From Myxococcota bacterium (GTDB lineage: Bacteria; Myxococcota; UBA4151): a stretch of 28,241 nucleotides of DNA. Positions within the stretch are counted from its first letter, which is position 1. The number at the start of each line of letters is the position of its first letter. Below the pieces are notes generated by a model. It searched no databases. It was not told the origin of the DNA and saw nothing but the letters and a program-made list of their open reading frames with translations. Made by a program: the position numbers and the translations under genes. Shown here piece by piece: positions 6,942 to 15,328 of this stretch. The stretch covers positions 1-28,241 of the forward strand of contig JAYZBQ010000080.1 in the NCBI GenBank assembly GCA_036338695.1, read 5' to 3'.

Positions 6942-9122
6942 TCACGGCGCGGTCAGGCCAAACAGGCGCACCTCGTCGACGGTGAGCCCGTAGGGGTCAT
7001 CACCGGGCTCGGGCGGTGGTGACTGGATCACCAGCCGCACGGCGCGCACGTCGGTCACCGGTTCTTGGGTGGTCCAGCGGTAGGTCAGGGAGTGGTCATC
7101 TTGCGGCGCCACGTGTTGGAGCAGGACGCCGGGCGTCAGCTGGGTCGCCAGCGGCGTTTCTTTGCCGTTGGCGTGCAGTGCAATCAGCTCAAAGGCATGC
7201 GGTGGCGCCGGGTTGGCGCTCCAGACGTTGGGTCCAAAGCTCGCCCAGCCAAAGTCGCGCTGACCCTCGCCGTTTTGGGTCGCAAAGAACAAATCCACCG
7301 CCACAAGGTCGCGCGTTTGGTCTAAGTTCATGGTGATCACCACCGGGTCCTGACCAGGCTGCGTCCCCACGCCGCTCGGACCGTAGACGCCGTCGTGCAA
7401 GGGCGCGCCGCGCTGTGCCGCCACGCGTGGCAGACACTGACCGGCGTGGTCGTAGTGATCGGGCAGGCACTCGCCGCAGGTGGCGCGGCCGATGGCGCAG
7501 CGGATCCGATTCTGCGCCTGACAGTCTGCGGCGCAGGTGTTCGCCGCCGCCAGGGGGCGTTCGTTGTTTGCTCGATCAAACCAGTTCAGCGCCACCTCGT
7601 CCCGGTTCCGGGCGCTGTATTCTCGCTGGATCACCTGCCCTGGGTTGTCCGGGTCCTCGTAGCTTGGACGGTCCATCCCCATCGGCAGGGCGCGCGCCAG
7701 CAGCTGCTCGGCGCTCAAGGTGACCAGCGCGTCCGGGTGGGGCTCCCACTCGCCGTCGACCAGGCGCCACGCGTCGTCGCCGCCGCAGTGCAGCTGCAGC
7801 GCCTCGGGATTGTCCTCGTTGACTAAGAGGCAGCTGCCGTAGAGCGGATCGTGCTGGGCGAAGAACCACCACAGGTCGGTCGACGAGTAGAGCGGCAGCT
7901 GTTTGCAGTCCAGGCAAGGCGTGGTTCGGTTGCGCTCGTTTTTGTACACCGCGTAGCTCATGAGCGTGTAGAGCTTCTGGTTGTGTTGGCTCACCGGCAG
8001 GCCGAAGGCTTCGTTGCGGCGCAGGTGTACCTCTTGGTTGTGGTAGCCGTAGTTGCTTCCGCTGGCGCCGATCATCGAGGAGCCGAGGTGGTTGCAGCCG
8101 AGCAGGTGTCCGAGCTCATGCGCCGGCGTGAGGTAGGCGTTGGCGCAGGTCGCAAACTGAGTCGTGAAGTAGTGTCCGTCGATCATGGCGATGCCTCGAT
8201 CGTCGAGGTTGGCTCCCCGACCTTGGCTTGAGTACGCGTAGCCGCCAAAGCCCTGCGTGCCGCTAAAGACGACCGCCATGTCCGCAGCAAAGCTGCGCCG
8301 CAGCTCCTGGTAAAATGGGCTGTTCTTGAGCCAGACGAGGTCCGACTTGAGGTTGTCTCGTTCGGCGTAGGGCAAGCGCGCCATGCCGGCGATGCGGTAG
8401 CGCATGTTGGGTGGCAGCATGCTCAGCGCCATGCCTTGGTTGGCGAGGTTGACCCAGTAGTGGGTCATCGCCTCAAAGTTGGCGACGTCGCCGCCGATGA
8501 GCGTGAGCATCGAGTCCGTGTAGAGCACGAGCAGGTCGATGGGGTGGTCGCAGGTCGGGTCGGCCGCGCCGCAACCGTTTTCGGGTGGTGGGTTGGGGAC
8601 TCGAGGCGCCAAGCCGATCGGGTTCGCGGCGCAGGGTGCGCAGACCGGCTCGCTGGTGGGCGAGCAGCGCCCGGCCGAGACCTGAGCCGATGTGCACTCC
8701 GTGCACTCTTGGCAGGGCGTGCGCGCGTCCTCGTCGTGGTCGAAGTGACCGTGGGCGCAGACGCTGCACGCGTCCTCGTCGTCGAGCTCATGCCCAGGAG
8801 GACAGGGCGAGCCAGCGTCCTCGGGGGCGCCTGCGTCTGCGCTCGGTGCGGCGTCGCTCCCTGGGCTGGCGTCTAGATTGCCTGCAGCGTCCATCAGCTC
8901 GCCGGCGTCTGGCTCGGCTTGACCGGTGTCCTCGGCAGCCGCGTCCGCCGCGACCATGCCCGTGTCGAGCGCGCCGCCGTCGAAGGGCTGACCTGTGTCG
9001 ACTACACCGGCTTCGACGCGCACCCCGGCGTCACCTTCGCGCGCGCCTGCATCGGCTGGCTCGGGGGATGCGTCGGCGCAGGCGACGAGCGCGGCGGTGA
9101 GCAGGGTGAACAGCGTTCTCAT
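6942..9122 (-). CDS. Lipoprotein zinc metalloprotease (metzincin, reprolysin/M12B-like) with Cys-rich accessory modules
   Basis: ATG 9122 with GGAG; MRTLFTLLTAALVA-C; DAG-rich linker; IDLLVLYT strand; HELGHLLGCNH (8088-8120); Met-turn YTLMSY; C-terminal beta-sandwich-like region ending VDEVRLFG. Confidence 0.88.
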   Translation of the reverse strand: MRTLFTLLTAALVACADASPEPADAGAREGDAGVRVEAGVVDTGQPFDGGALDTGMVAADAAAEDTGQAEPDAGELMDAAGNLDASPGSDAAPSADAGAPEDAGSPCPPGHELDDEDACSVCAHGHFDHDEDARTPCQECTECTSAQVSAGRCSPTSEPVCAPCAANPIGLAPRVPNPPPENGCGAADPTCDHPIDLLVLYTDSMLTLIGGDVANFEAMTHYWVNLANQGMALSMLPPNMRYRIAGMARLPYAERDNLKSDLVWLKNSPFYQELRRSFAADMAVVFSGTQGFGGYAYSSQGRGANLDDRGIAMIDGHYFTTQFATCANAYLTPAHELGHLLGCNHLGSSMIGASGSNYGYHNQEVHLRRNEAFGLPVSQHNQKLYTLMSYAVYKNERNRTTPCLDCKQLPLYSSTDLWWFFAQHDPLYGSCLLVNEDNPEALQLHCGGDDAWRLVDGEWEPHPDALVTLSAEQLLARALPMGMDRPSYEDPDNPGQVIQREYSARNRDEVALNWFDRANNERPLAAANTCAADCQAQNRIRCAIGRATCGECLPDHYDHAGQCLPRVAAQRGAPLHDGVYGPSGVGTQPGQDPVVITMNLDQTRDLVAVDLFFATQNGEGQRDFGWASFGPNVWSANPAPPHAFELIALHANGKETPLATQLTPGVLLQHVAPQDDHSLTYRWTTQEPVTDVRAVRLVIQSPPPEPGDDPYGLTVDEVRLFGLTAP

Positions 9123-9222
9123 GGGCGTCTCCAACAGGCGCTGAGCGTAGGCTCGGATGGCAGCGTGAACAAGCCGGTCGGTCTGTTTTGCATGTCTCTG
9201 CTCGCTCGCTCGAGCGCGAGGG

Positions 9223-9255
9223 CGCCTCGACAATTCCGCCGTCATGCACCACCCT
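9223..9255 (+). promoter_or_regulatory. Putative promoter TCGACA-N17-CACCCT (shared motif, copy 2)
   Basis: CGCCTCGACAATT at 9223-9235 is identical to 15272-15284. Confidence 0.5.
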
Positions 9256-9276
9256 GACGGCGGAGGACGCGTGCCG

Positions 9277-12267
9277 ATGAAGAAGATGACAGGCTTTGCC
9301 CAGCTGGGTTTGTTTGGGGTCATTTTGACCATGTCGTGCGGCGAGCAGGTGGTGGTGCGCGAGACCGAGGCGAGCTGCGGGAACGGTCAAGTCGAGGCGG
9401 GTGAAGCCTGCGATGACGGCAACGATGTCAACACCGACGGCTGCACCATCGGCTGCACGTTTGCTACCTGCGGCGACGGCACCACGCGCAACGACCTGAC
9501 GCCGGCGGATGAGGGCTACGAAGCCTGCGACGACGGCAACGACAGCGACGAGGACGGCTGCACCAACGCCTGCCTCGAGAACGTCTGCGGCGACGGCTTG
9601 GTGCGGCGCGACCTCGCAGAGGGTGAGGTCAACTTTGAAGCCTGCGACGACGGCAACGACGTCGACACCGACGCCTGCCTCAATGACTGCACCGAGGCGT
9701 ACTGCGGCGACGGGGTCGTTCGCTCGGACCTCGAGGAAGGCGACGAGGGCTATGAAGCCTGCGATGACGGCAACCAAGACGACGCGGACACCTGTCTGAG
9801 CAATTGCGTGGTGGCGCGCTGCGGCGACGGCGTCGTGGGGCCTGGTGAGGGCTGCGACGACGGCAACGACGACCCGACGGATGGTTGCAACGCCTGTCAG
9901 CCCGCAAGCTGCGGTGACGGCGTGCTTCAAGAGGGTGAGCGCTGCGATGACGGCAACGCCGTGGACACCGACGCCTGCTTGAGCACCTGCGCGCCGGCGT
10001 CTTGTGGGGACGCGGTCGTTTGGGAGGGGCGAGAGGCTTGCGATGACGGCAACGCCGACCCGACCGACGCCTGCACCAACACCTGCGCTGCCGCCCGCTG
10101 CGGGGACGACATCCGGCGCGGCGATCTCGCGCCAGAGGACGAGGGCTTTGAAGAGTGCGATGACGGCAACCTCGAGAGCGGCGACGGCTGCTCGGCGGGC
10201 TGCGCCCTTGAGGTCTGCGGGAACGGTCGGGTCGACGAAGGTGAAGCCTGCGATGACGGCAACGTCATCAACACCGACGCCTGCACCGCCGCCTGCGTGG
10301 TGGCGCGCTGCGGGGACGGGGTCTTACGGCTTGACCTCGAGGCCGGTCAGCCGGGGTTTGAGGCTTGTGATGACGGCAACGAAGAGGTGGGTGATGGCTG
10401 CGACGCGACCTGTCTGGTGGAAGCCTGCGGGAACGGCCGGGTCGACGCTGGCGAGACCTGTGATGACGGCAACGATAACGCACGCGACGACTGCACCAAC
10501 GCCTGCGAGCCGGCGCGCTGCGGCGACGGGATCCTGCGCGAGGTCGGCGAGGCCTGCGATGACGCGAACAACGTCCAGACCGACGGCTGCCTCAACGACT
10601 GCACCACCGCATCCTGCGGCGATGGGTTTGTCTACCAAGGGTTTGAGGACTGCGACGACGGCAACCAAGACAACCGCGACGCCTGCACCGCCGGCTGCGC
10701 CGCCGCACGCTGCGGCGATGGGATCCACCGCATCGACGTGCAGCCGGGAGACCCTGGCTTTGAAGCCTGTGATGACGGCAACGTGGTCCAGAGCGACGCC
10801 TGCTTGAACAGCTGCACCGTAGCGACCTGCGGTGACGGGCAGGTGCGCGAAGGGGTTGAGGGCTGCGACGATGGCAACGCCGATCAGACCGACGGCTGCC
10901 TCAATGACTGTACGGCGGCTGCGTGCGGTGACGGCTTTGTCCAGGCGGGCGTCGAAGACTGCGACGACGCCAACCAAGTGCAGACCGACGCCTGCCGTAA
11001 CGATTGCCGCGCTGCGTCCTGCGGCGACGGCGTTGTCCAAGAGGGGGTTGAGGGCTGCGATGACGCCAACCAAGACCAGACCGACGACTGCCTGAACGAC
11101 TGCGTGGTGGCAGCCTGCGGTGATGGCTTTGTCCAAGCGGGGGTCGAGGGTTGCGATGATGGTAACCAAGAACAGACCGACGCGTGCCTGAACGACTGCA
11201 GCGCCGCGTCGTGCGGCGATGGCTTTGTCCAGGCGGGGGTGGAGGCTTGCGATGACGCCAACGAAGTCCAGACCGACGCATGCTTGAACACCTGCGTCGC
11301 AGCGCGCTGCGGTGACGGCATCGTCCAGGCCGGGGTCGAAGACTGTGACGACCAAAACCAGGTGAACGACGACCTGTGCTCGAACACCTGCCAGTCGACG
11401 GCGCCACGCGTCTTTACGACCTGCGGCAAGACCGGACGTGAGGGCCCGTCGCAAACGCAGTGCAACAACGCCTACAACAACACGCCGCTCGAGGGTGCGG
11501 TGACCTTAGCGGCCGGCGTTCAGCGCTGGACGGTGCCCTCGACCGGTCGCTACCGGATCGAGGCGCGCGGCGCCCAAGGTGCGGACAACGATGAAGGCTT
11601 TGGCGCGGTCATGGCGGGCACCTTTAACCTTACTCAAGGGCAGGTCCTCAAAATCCTCGTGGGTCAGCGCGGCGGTCGACACGAGGTCTCCGCAAGCGGC
11701 GGCGGCGGGACCTTCGTCGCCACGGGTGAGAACACGCCGCTGGTCGTCGCCGGCGGAGGTGGGTCACGCCGAAACCCGGGCTCGGGGACGCGCCGGCAGA
11801 CCACCGATGGGCACGTCGGTCGAGACGGCCGAAACGGCTTCTCTGGTAACGAGCTGAACAACCGCGGCACCAATGGCGGCGGTGGGACGACGACGCACGG
11901 TCCGAGCCATGGCGGCGGCGGCGGCGCGGGCTTTAGCGGGAACGGGAGCATCAGCAACGACAACCGCGGCAGCTGCTCGCCGGGGAACGCCATCGCGCCG
12001 CAAAGTTTCACCCGCGGCGGCGTCGGCGGGTGGACCAATATGTACATGTCGCCGCCGTGCAACTCGGCTGCGCGACTCGGCGGCTTTGGCGGCGGCGCAG
12101 GCGGCGGATGGGGTGGCGCGGGTGGCGCCGGCGGTTACTCTGGTGGGGGCTCCGACAACAACAACGGCTGGTCGGGCGGCGGAGGCTCTTTCAACGGCGG
12201 CGAGGATCCGCAGAACACAACCGGCGGCAACTCAGGCGACGGGCGCGTGACCATCACCGCCGGCTGA
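9277..12267 (+). CDS. DUF4215 repeat lipoprotein (20 repeats) with C-terminal ALK/LTK-like glycine-rich domain
   Basis: GGAGG at 9262-9266; lipobox LTMS-C; 20 CDDxN units; tip reads [21 protein letters not shown]...[18 protein letters not shown]...ILVGQRGG...GGGGTFV...PLVVAGGGG...GRVTIT. The start could instead be GTG 9271. Confidence 0.9.
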   Translation: MKKMTGFAQLGLFGVILTMSCGEQVVVRETEASCGNGQVEAGEACDDGNDVNTDGCTIGCTFATCGDGTTRNDLTPADEGYEACDDGNDSDEDGCTNACLENVCGDGLVRRDLAEGEVNFEACDDGNDVDTDACLNDCTEAYCGDGVVRSDLEEGDEGYEACDDGNQDDADTCLSNCVVARCGDGVVGPGEGCDDGNDDPTDGCNACQPASCGDGVLQEGERCDDGNAVDTDACLSTCAPASCGDAVVWEGREACDDGNADPTDACTNTCAAARCGDDIRRGDLAPEDEGFEECDDGNLESGDGCSAGCALEVCGNGRVDEGEACDDGNVINTDACTAACVVARCGDGVLRLDLEAGQPGFEACDDGNEEVGDGCDATCLVEACGNGRVDAGETCDDGNDNARDDCTNACEPARCGDGILREVGEACDDANNVQTDGCLNDCTTASCGDGFVYQGFEDCDDGNQDNRDACTAGCAAARCGDGIHRIDVQPGDPGFEACDDGNVVQSDACLNSCTVATCGDGQVREGVEGCDDGNADQTDGCLNDCTAAACGDGFVQAGVEDCDDANQVQTDACRNDCRAASCGDGVVQEGVEGCDDANQDQTDDCLNDCVVAACGDGFVQAGVEGCDDGNQEQTDACLNDCSAASCGDGFVQAGVEACDDANEVQTDACLNTCVAARCGDGIVQAGVEDCDDQNQVNDDLCSNTCQSTAPRVFTTCGKTGREGPSQTQCNNAYNNTPLEGAVTLAAGVQRWTVPSTGRYRIEARGAQGADNDEGFGAVMAGTFNLTQGQVLKILVGQRGGRHEVSASGGGGTFVATGENTPLVVAGGGGSRRNPGSGTRRQTTDGHVGRDGRNGFSGNELNNRGTNGGGGTTTHGPSHGGGGGAGFSGNGSISNDNRGSCSPGNAIAPQSFTRGGVGGWTNMYMSPPCNSAARLGGFGGGAGGGWGGAGGAGGYSGGGSDNNNGWSGGGGSFNGGEDPQNTTGGNSGDGRVTITAG

Positions 12268-12308
12268 TCGGTGGGCTGGGTCTCAAATGTGAGCTAGGCT
12301 CACGTTTT

Positions 12309-15098
12309 TCATCGCTTAGCGTAGCGGTCCCGGCGCGCCTGAGCCGCTGCCTCGTATGCCCGCTCGATCCGCTCGTGCAAGGCGTCGGACTCTGGCGTCT
12401 GAGGGTAACTGCGCACGATGCGAAAGCCCCGCCCGACGTAGCTTAGGTGAGGGAACCACCAGTCTCGATCGGCGCAGCGCGTCCGGTTGGCGCCGTTGCC
12501 ATAGCTTCCCCCACGGCTGCTGCGAAACCCGGTCTCTGCGAGCTCATCTGCGGTCGGCATCTGGAGGCGCCCTTGGTCCAGCCCGTAGCGCTCAGCGTCG
12601 AAGCGATCGAGGCACCACTCGCGCGTGTTCCCCGCCATGCACCGAACCCCGTAGAGGCTCTGGTCAAACGGGTTATGATCCACCGCTTGGATCTCCGGCT
12701 CGCCGGCGTGGCTGTCCATCATCACGCACAAGGCGGCGTCGAATCGGTCGCCCCAGGGAAACCGTCGACCGTCCACCCCGCGCGCCGCCTTCTCCCACTC
12801 GAGCTCAAGCGGTAAACGCCAGCGCTCGCCGCTGACCTGCGACCGCCAGCGAGTGTACGCCACGGCGCAATACCAGGTGATGTTGGTGACCGGGTGGCGC
12901 TGCTTAGCGACCCCGTCGAGGTAGGTGTAGTGGTCCTCGCGCCAGGTGTAGAGGGAGCGACCGATCTCGCCGTCTGCGCCGGCTTGCTCGCGCGGGAGCC
13001 ACAGCCTCGCCTCGTCGCGTCCGCTGGACTCGACCAGCGCGTTGATGAACTCGAGGTACTGTTCATGGGTGATGGGCGTCTCGCTCATGATGAAGCCGTC
13101 GACCCAGGCGCGCACACCCGGCAGGGCGTTGGGCGCCAGGTCGTCGCCGCCGGCCGAGAACCAGCCCTCTGGGACGTAGCAAAAACCGTCGCCGGTCGCG
13201 CCCGCCTCGGGGAGCGTTAGCGTGCGCGGCGCGCCAAAGTACTGCGGCGGGTTGGTCGGCCAGTCGGCGCCGTATCCGAGAGTGAACGGATAGGTGACCG
13301 GATCACAGCCTGGCGCCTCGAGCCGCAGCTGATAGGACCCGACGGGGAGCGTACGGTCGAATGTCGCCGCCTCGATTGAGTCCACGGGTTGGGGGACCAA
13401 TCGTTTTCGCACCTCTTCGAAGCGCTCGAGCGTGACGGTCGCTGCGCTTGGCAGGGTCACCCGGACCTGCGCCTCACCGGCGAAGTAGCGGGCGCCATCT
13501 TGCCGCGCCTTGGAGTCCTCGGGCAGCGACTGCAGGTAGTTGAGCGCCTGGTTGGCGAGCACGCGCATCGCCCCTTGATCACGTTGATGCGCGGCGCGCT
13601 GGTGGCGCTTGATGCAGTCGAGCGTTAGCTCTTCGAGCGCAGGCCTCGAGTCCGGACACTCGATCAGCGCACGCTGCAGCACGCGCTGGCGCTCGCCCTC
13701 GAGCTCCGTGACGTGATCGCGCAGCGCGATCAGCTCCTCCTCGAGGTCCCACAGCGCAAACCTCTGCTCGATCTCAGCGTCTTTTGGGAGCGCCTCCTTC
13801 GCCGCTTCAACGCGCGACTCAGTCACCGCGATTTTGCGCTTGGTGAGCTCGGTCTCATCGGCCGCTGCGCGGGCTCGATCGACCCAGGCGTTGGCGCGCT
13901 CGCGCTTCTTGGAGCCGTCAATCCATTGCTTGAGCGCGTGGCTCAACTCTTGAGCGCTCTGGAAGCGGTCCTCCTTGGCGTGGCTCATCGCCTTCTCGCA
14001 GGCGTCGACGAGCTCGTCTGGCAGCGGTGGATCGCTGAGCCCGGTGAAGTCCAAGTCCCCCGATAAGGTAATTTTTCCGGGCTGGAAGTCGAGCTCAACC
14101 CGTCGCCGCAGCGTCGCTGGGGAGGTGCCGAGCACCGGCTGGAGGATTTTTTGACCGCCGTCCCCCTCAAAGGGCGGGCGCCCTGCGAGGATATGGTAAA
14201 GGATGGCGCCGAGCGCATAGATGTCGCTGCGCTCGTCGAGCTCATCGATCTGTCCCGCCGCCTGCTCCGGGGACATGTAGCTCGGCGTACCTGCGACCGC
14301 GCCGATGCGGGTCTGCAGCGCCTTGTTCTCGCTGCGTTCTGTGGTTACCGATTCGAAGGTTTCGACCGCATCGTCTGGGCGACCGATCACCTTCGCAAGA
14401 CCCCAATCGACGATCAGGACCTCGTCGAAGCGACCGATCATGACGTTGGCGGGTTTTAGGTCACGGTGGATCACGCCGCGTGAGTGGACAAAGGCCATCG
14501 CCGAACAGACCTGCCGGAAGACCTCGATCAGGCGCGCAAAGGTCCAGCCGTCCTCGCTGGCGCGCCAGCGGCCGTCTTTGGAAGCCTGATGGACCGCTTT
14601 GATCGCTTCGGCGAACTCACGACCCTTGATCTCTTTCATCGTGAAGTAGGCGCGCCCGTCGTCGAGTACGCCGAGCTCGTGGACCGGGATGATGTTGGGG
14701 TGCTGCAGCTGAGACCCTACCTGGACCTCTTCGACGAAGCGCGCCACCAGCTCTTCGCTGCGCAGCGAATCCGGGTGGATGATCTTCATGGCGAGGGTGC
14801 GGTTGAGGACCGGGTCCAGGATACGACGGACCTCGCCCATGCCCCCTTTTCCGAGCGGTCCGAGGTCGCGGTACTTCCCGAGCGCCGGGAGCTCTTGGTG
14901 CGCTGAAGGTCCTGCGCTGGGCTTGGTGACAGCCGAGGCGGCGTCGACTTCGTCGAGGTCATCAAGGCAAATCGAGAAACCTTCGAGATGCTCGGTGATA
15001 ACGCTCTCGGTCACCTCCGCCTGCGCCGAGCGCTCGTTGGGTTTGCCGAGACCCGGGGCGGTCGCCGCAGAGCGTCTGCGGGTCGTGTCGTCATGCAT
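12309..15098 (-). CDS. Hanks-type Ser/Thr protein kinase fused to an FGE-sulfatase (SUMF1-like) domain
   Basis: Kinase motifs LGKGGMGEV, AMK, HRDLKPAN, DWG, GTPSYMSPE and SDIYALG; helical linker; FGE motifs RLPLELEWEKAARG, FPWG, MAGNTREW, RGGS and GFR. Confidence 0.93.
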   Translation of the reverse strand: MHDDTTRRRSAATAPGLGKPNERSAQAEVTESVITEHLEGFSICLDDLDEVDAASAVTKPSAGPSAHQELPALGKYRDLGPLGKGGMGEVRRILDPVLNRTLAMKIIHPDSLRSEELVARFVEEVQVGSQLQHPNIIPVHELGVLDDGRAYFTMKEIKGREFAEAIKAVHQASKDGRWRASEDGWTFARLIEVFRQVCSAMAFVHSRGVIHRDLKPANVMIGRFDEVLIVDWGLAKVIGRPDDAVETFESVTTERSENKALQTRIGAVAGTPSYMSPEQAAGQIDELDERSDIYALGAILYHILAGRPPFEGDGGQKILQPVLGTSPATLRRRVELDFQPGKITLSGDLDFTGLSDPPLPDELVDACEKAMSHAKEDRFQSAQELSHALKQWIDGSKKRERANAWVDRARAAADETELTKRKIAVTESRVEAAKEALPKDAEIEQRFALWDLEEELIALRDHVTELEGERQRVLQRALIECPDSRPALEELTLDCIKRHQRAAHQRDQGAMRVLANQALNYLQSLPEDSKARQDGARYFAGEAQVRVTLPSAATVTLERFEEVRKRLVPQPVDSIEAATFDRTLPVGSYQLRLEAPGCDPVTYPFTLGYGADWPTNPPQYFGAPRTLTLPEAGATGDGFCYVPEGWFSAGGDDLAPNALPGVRAWVDGFIMSETPITHEQYLEFINALVESSGRDEARLWLPREQAGADGEIGRSLYTWREDHYTYLDGVAKQRHPVTNITWYCAVAYTRWRSQVSGERWRLPLELEWEKAARGVDGRRFPWGDRFDAALCVMMDSHAGEPEIQAVDHNPFDQSLYGVRCMAGNTREWCLDRFDAERYGLDQGRLQMPTADELAETGFRSSRGGSYGNGANRTRCADRDWWFPHLSYVGRGFRIVRSYPQTPESDALHERIERAYEAAAQARRDRYAKR

Positions 15099-15271
15099 GG
15101 TCAGCCTCGTCGCCGCTGAAGCGGGTGTGACCTTGTCTTGGACGAGTGCGCCCGAGAAGGGAACCTTCGATAGTCAGGATGTGTAAGGGTGTTTGGCGCG
15201 GGTGCCTCTTTGCCGAGCAGCGCTTGAGAGGCTGCGTAGCGCAGTTCTGAGGCGGGGGATCTGCGGTGCGC

Positions 15272-15304
15272 CGCCTCGACAATTGGAGCGGCTTCGTTCA
15301 GGCT
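15272..15304 (+). promoter_or_regulatory. Putative promoter TCGACA-N17-CAGGCT (shared motif, copy 3)
   Basis: TCGACA at 15276-15281, 17-bp spacer, CAGGCT at 15299-15304. Confidence 0.5.
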
Positions 15305-15328
15305 CACGCCGTGAACGCGAGGTGGCTT

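Noticed and set aside
12390..12520. DGR variable region in the FGE domain
   Set aside because: No template repeat differing at adenines and no reverse transcriptase in the window.
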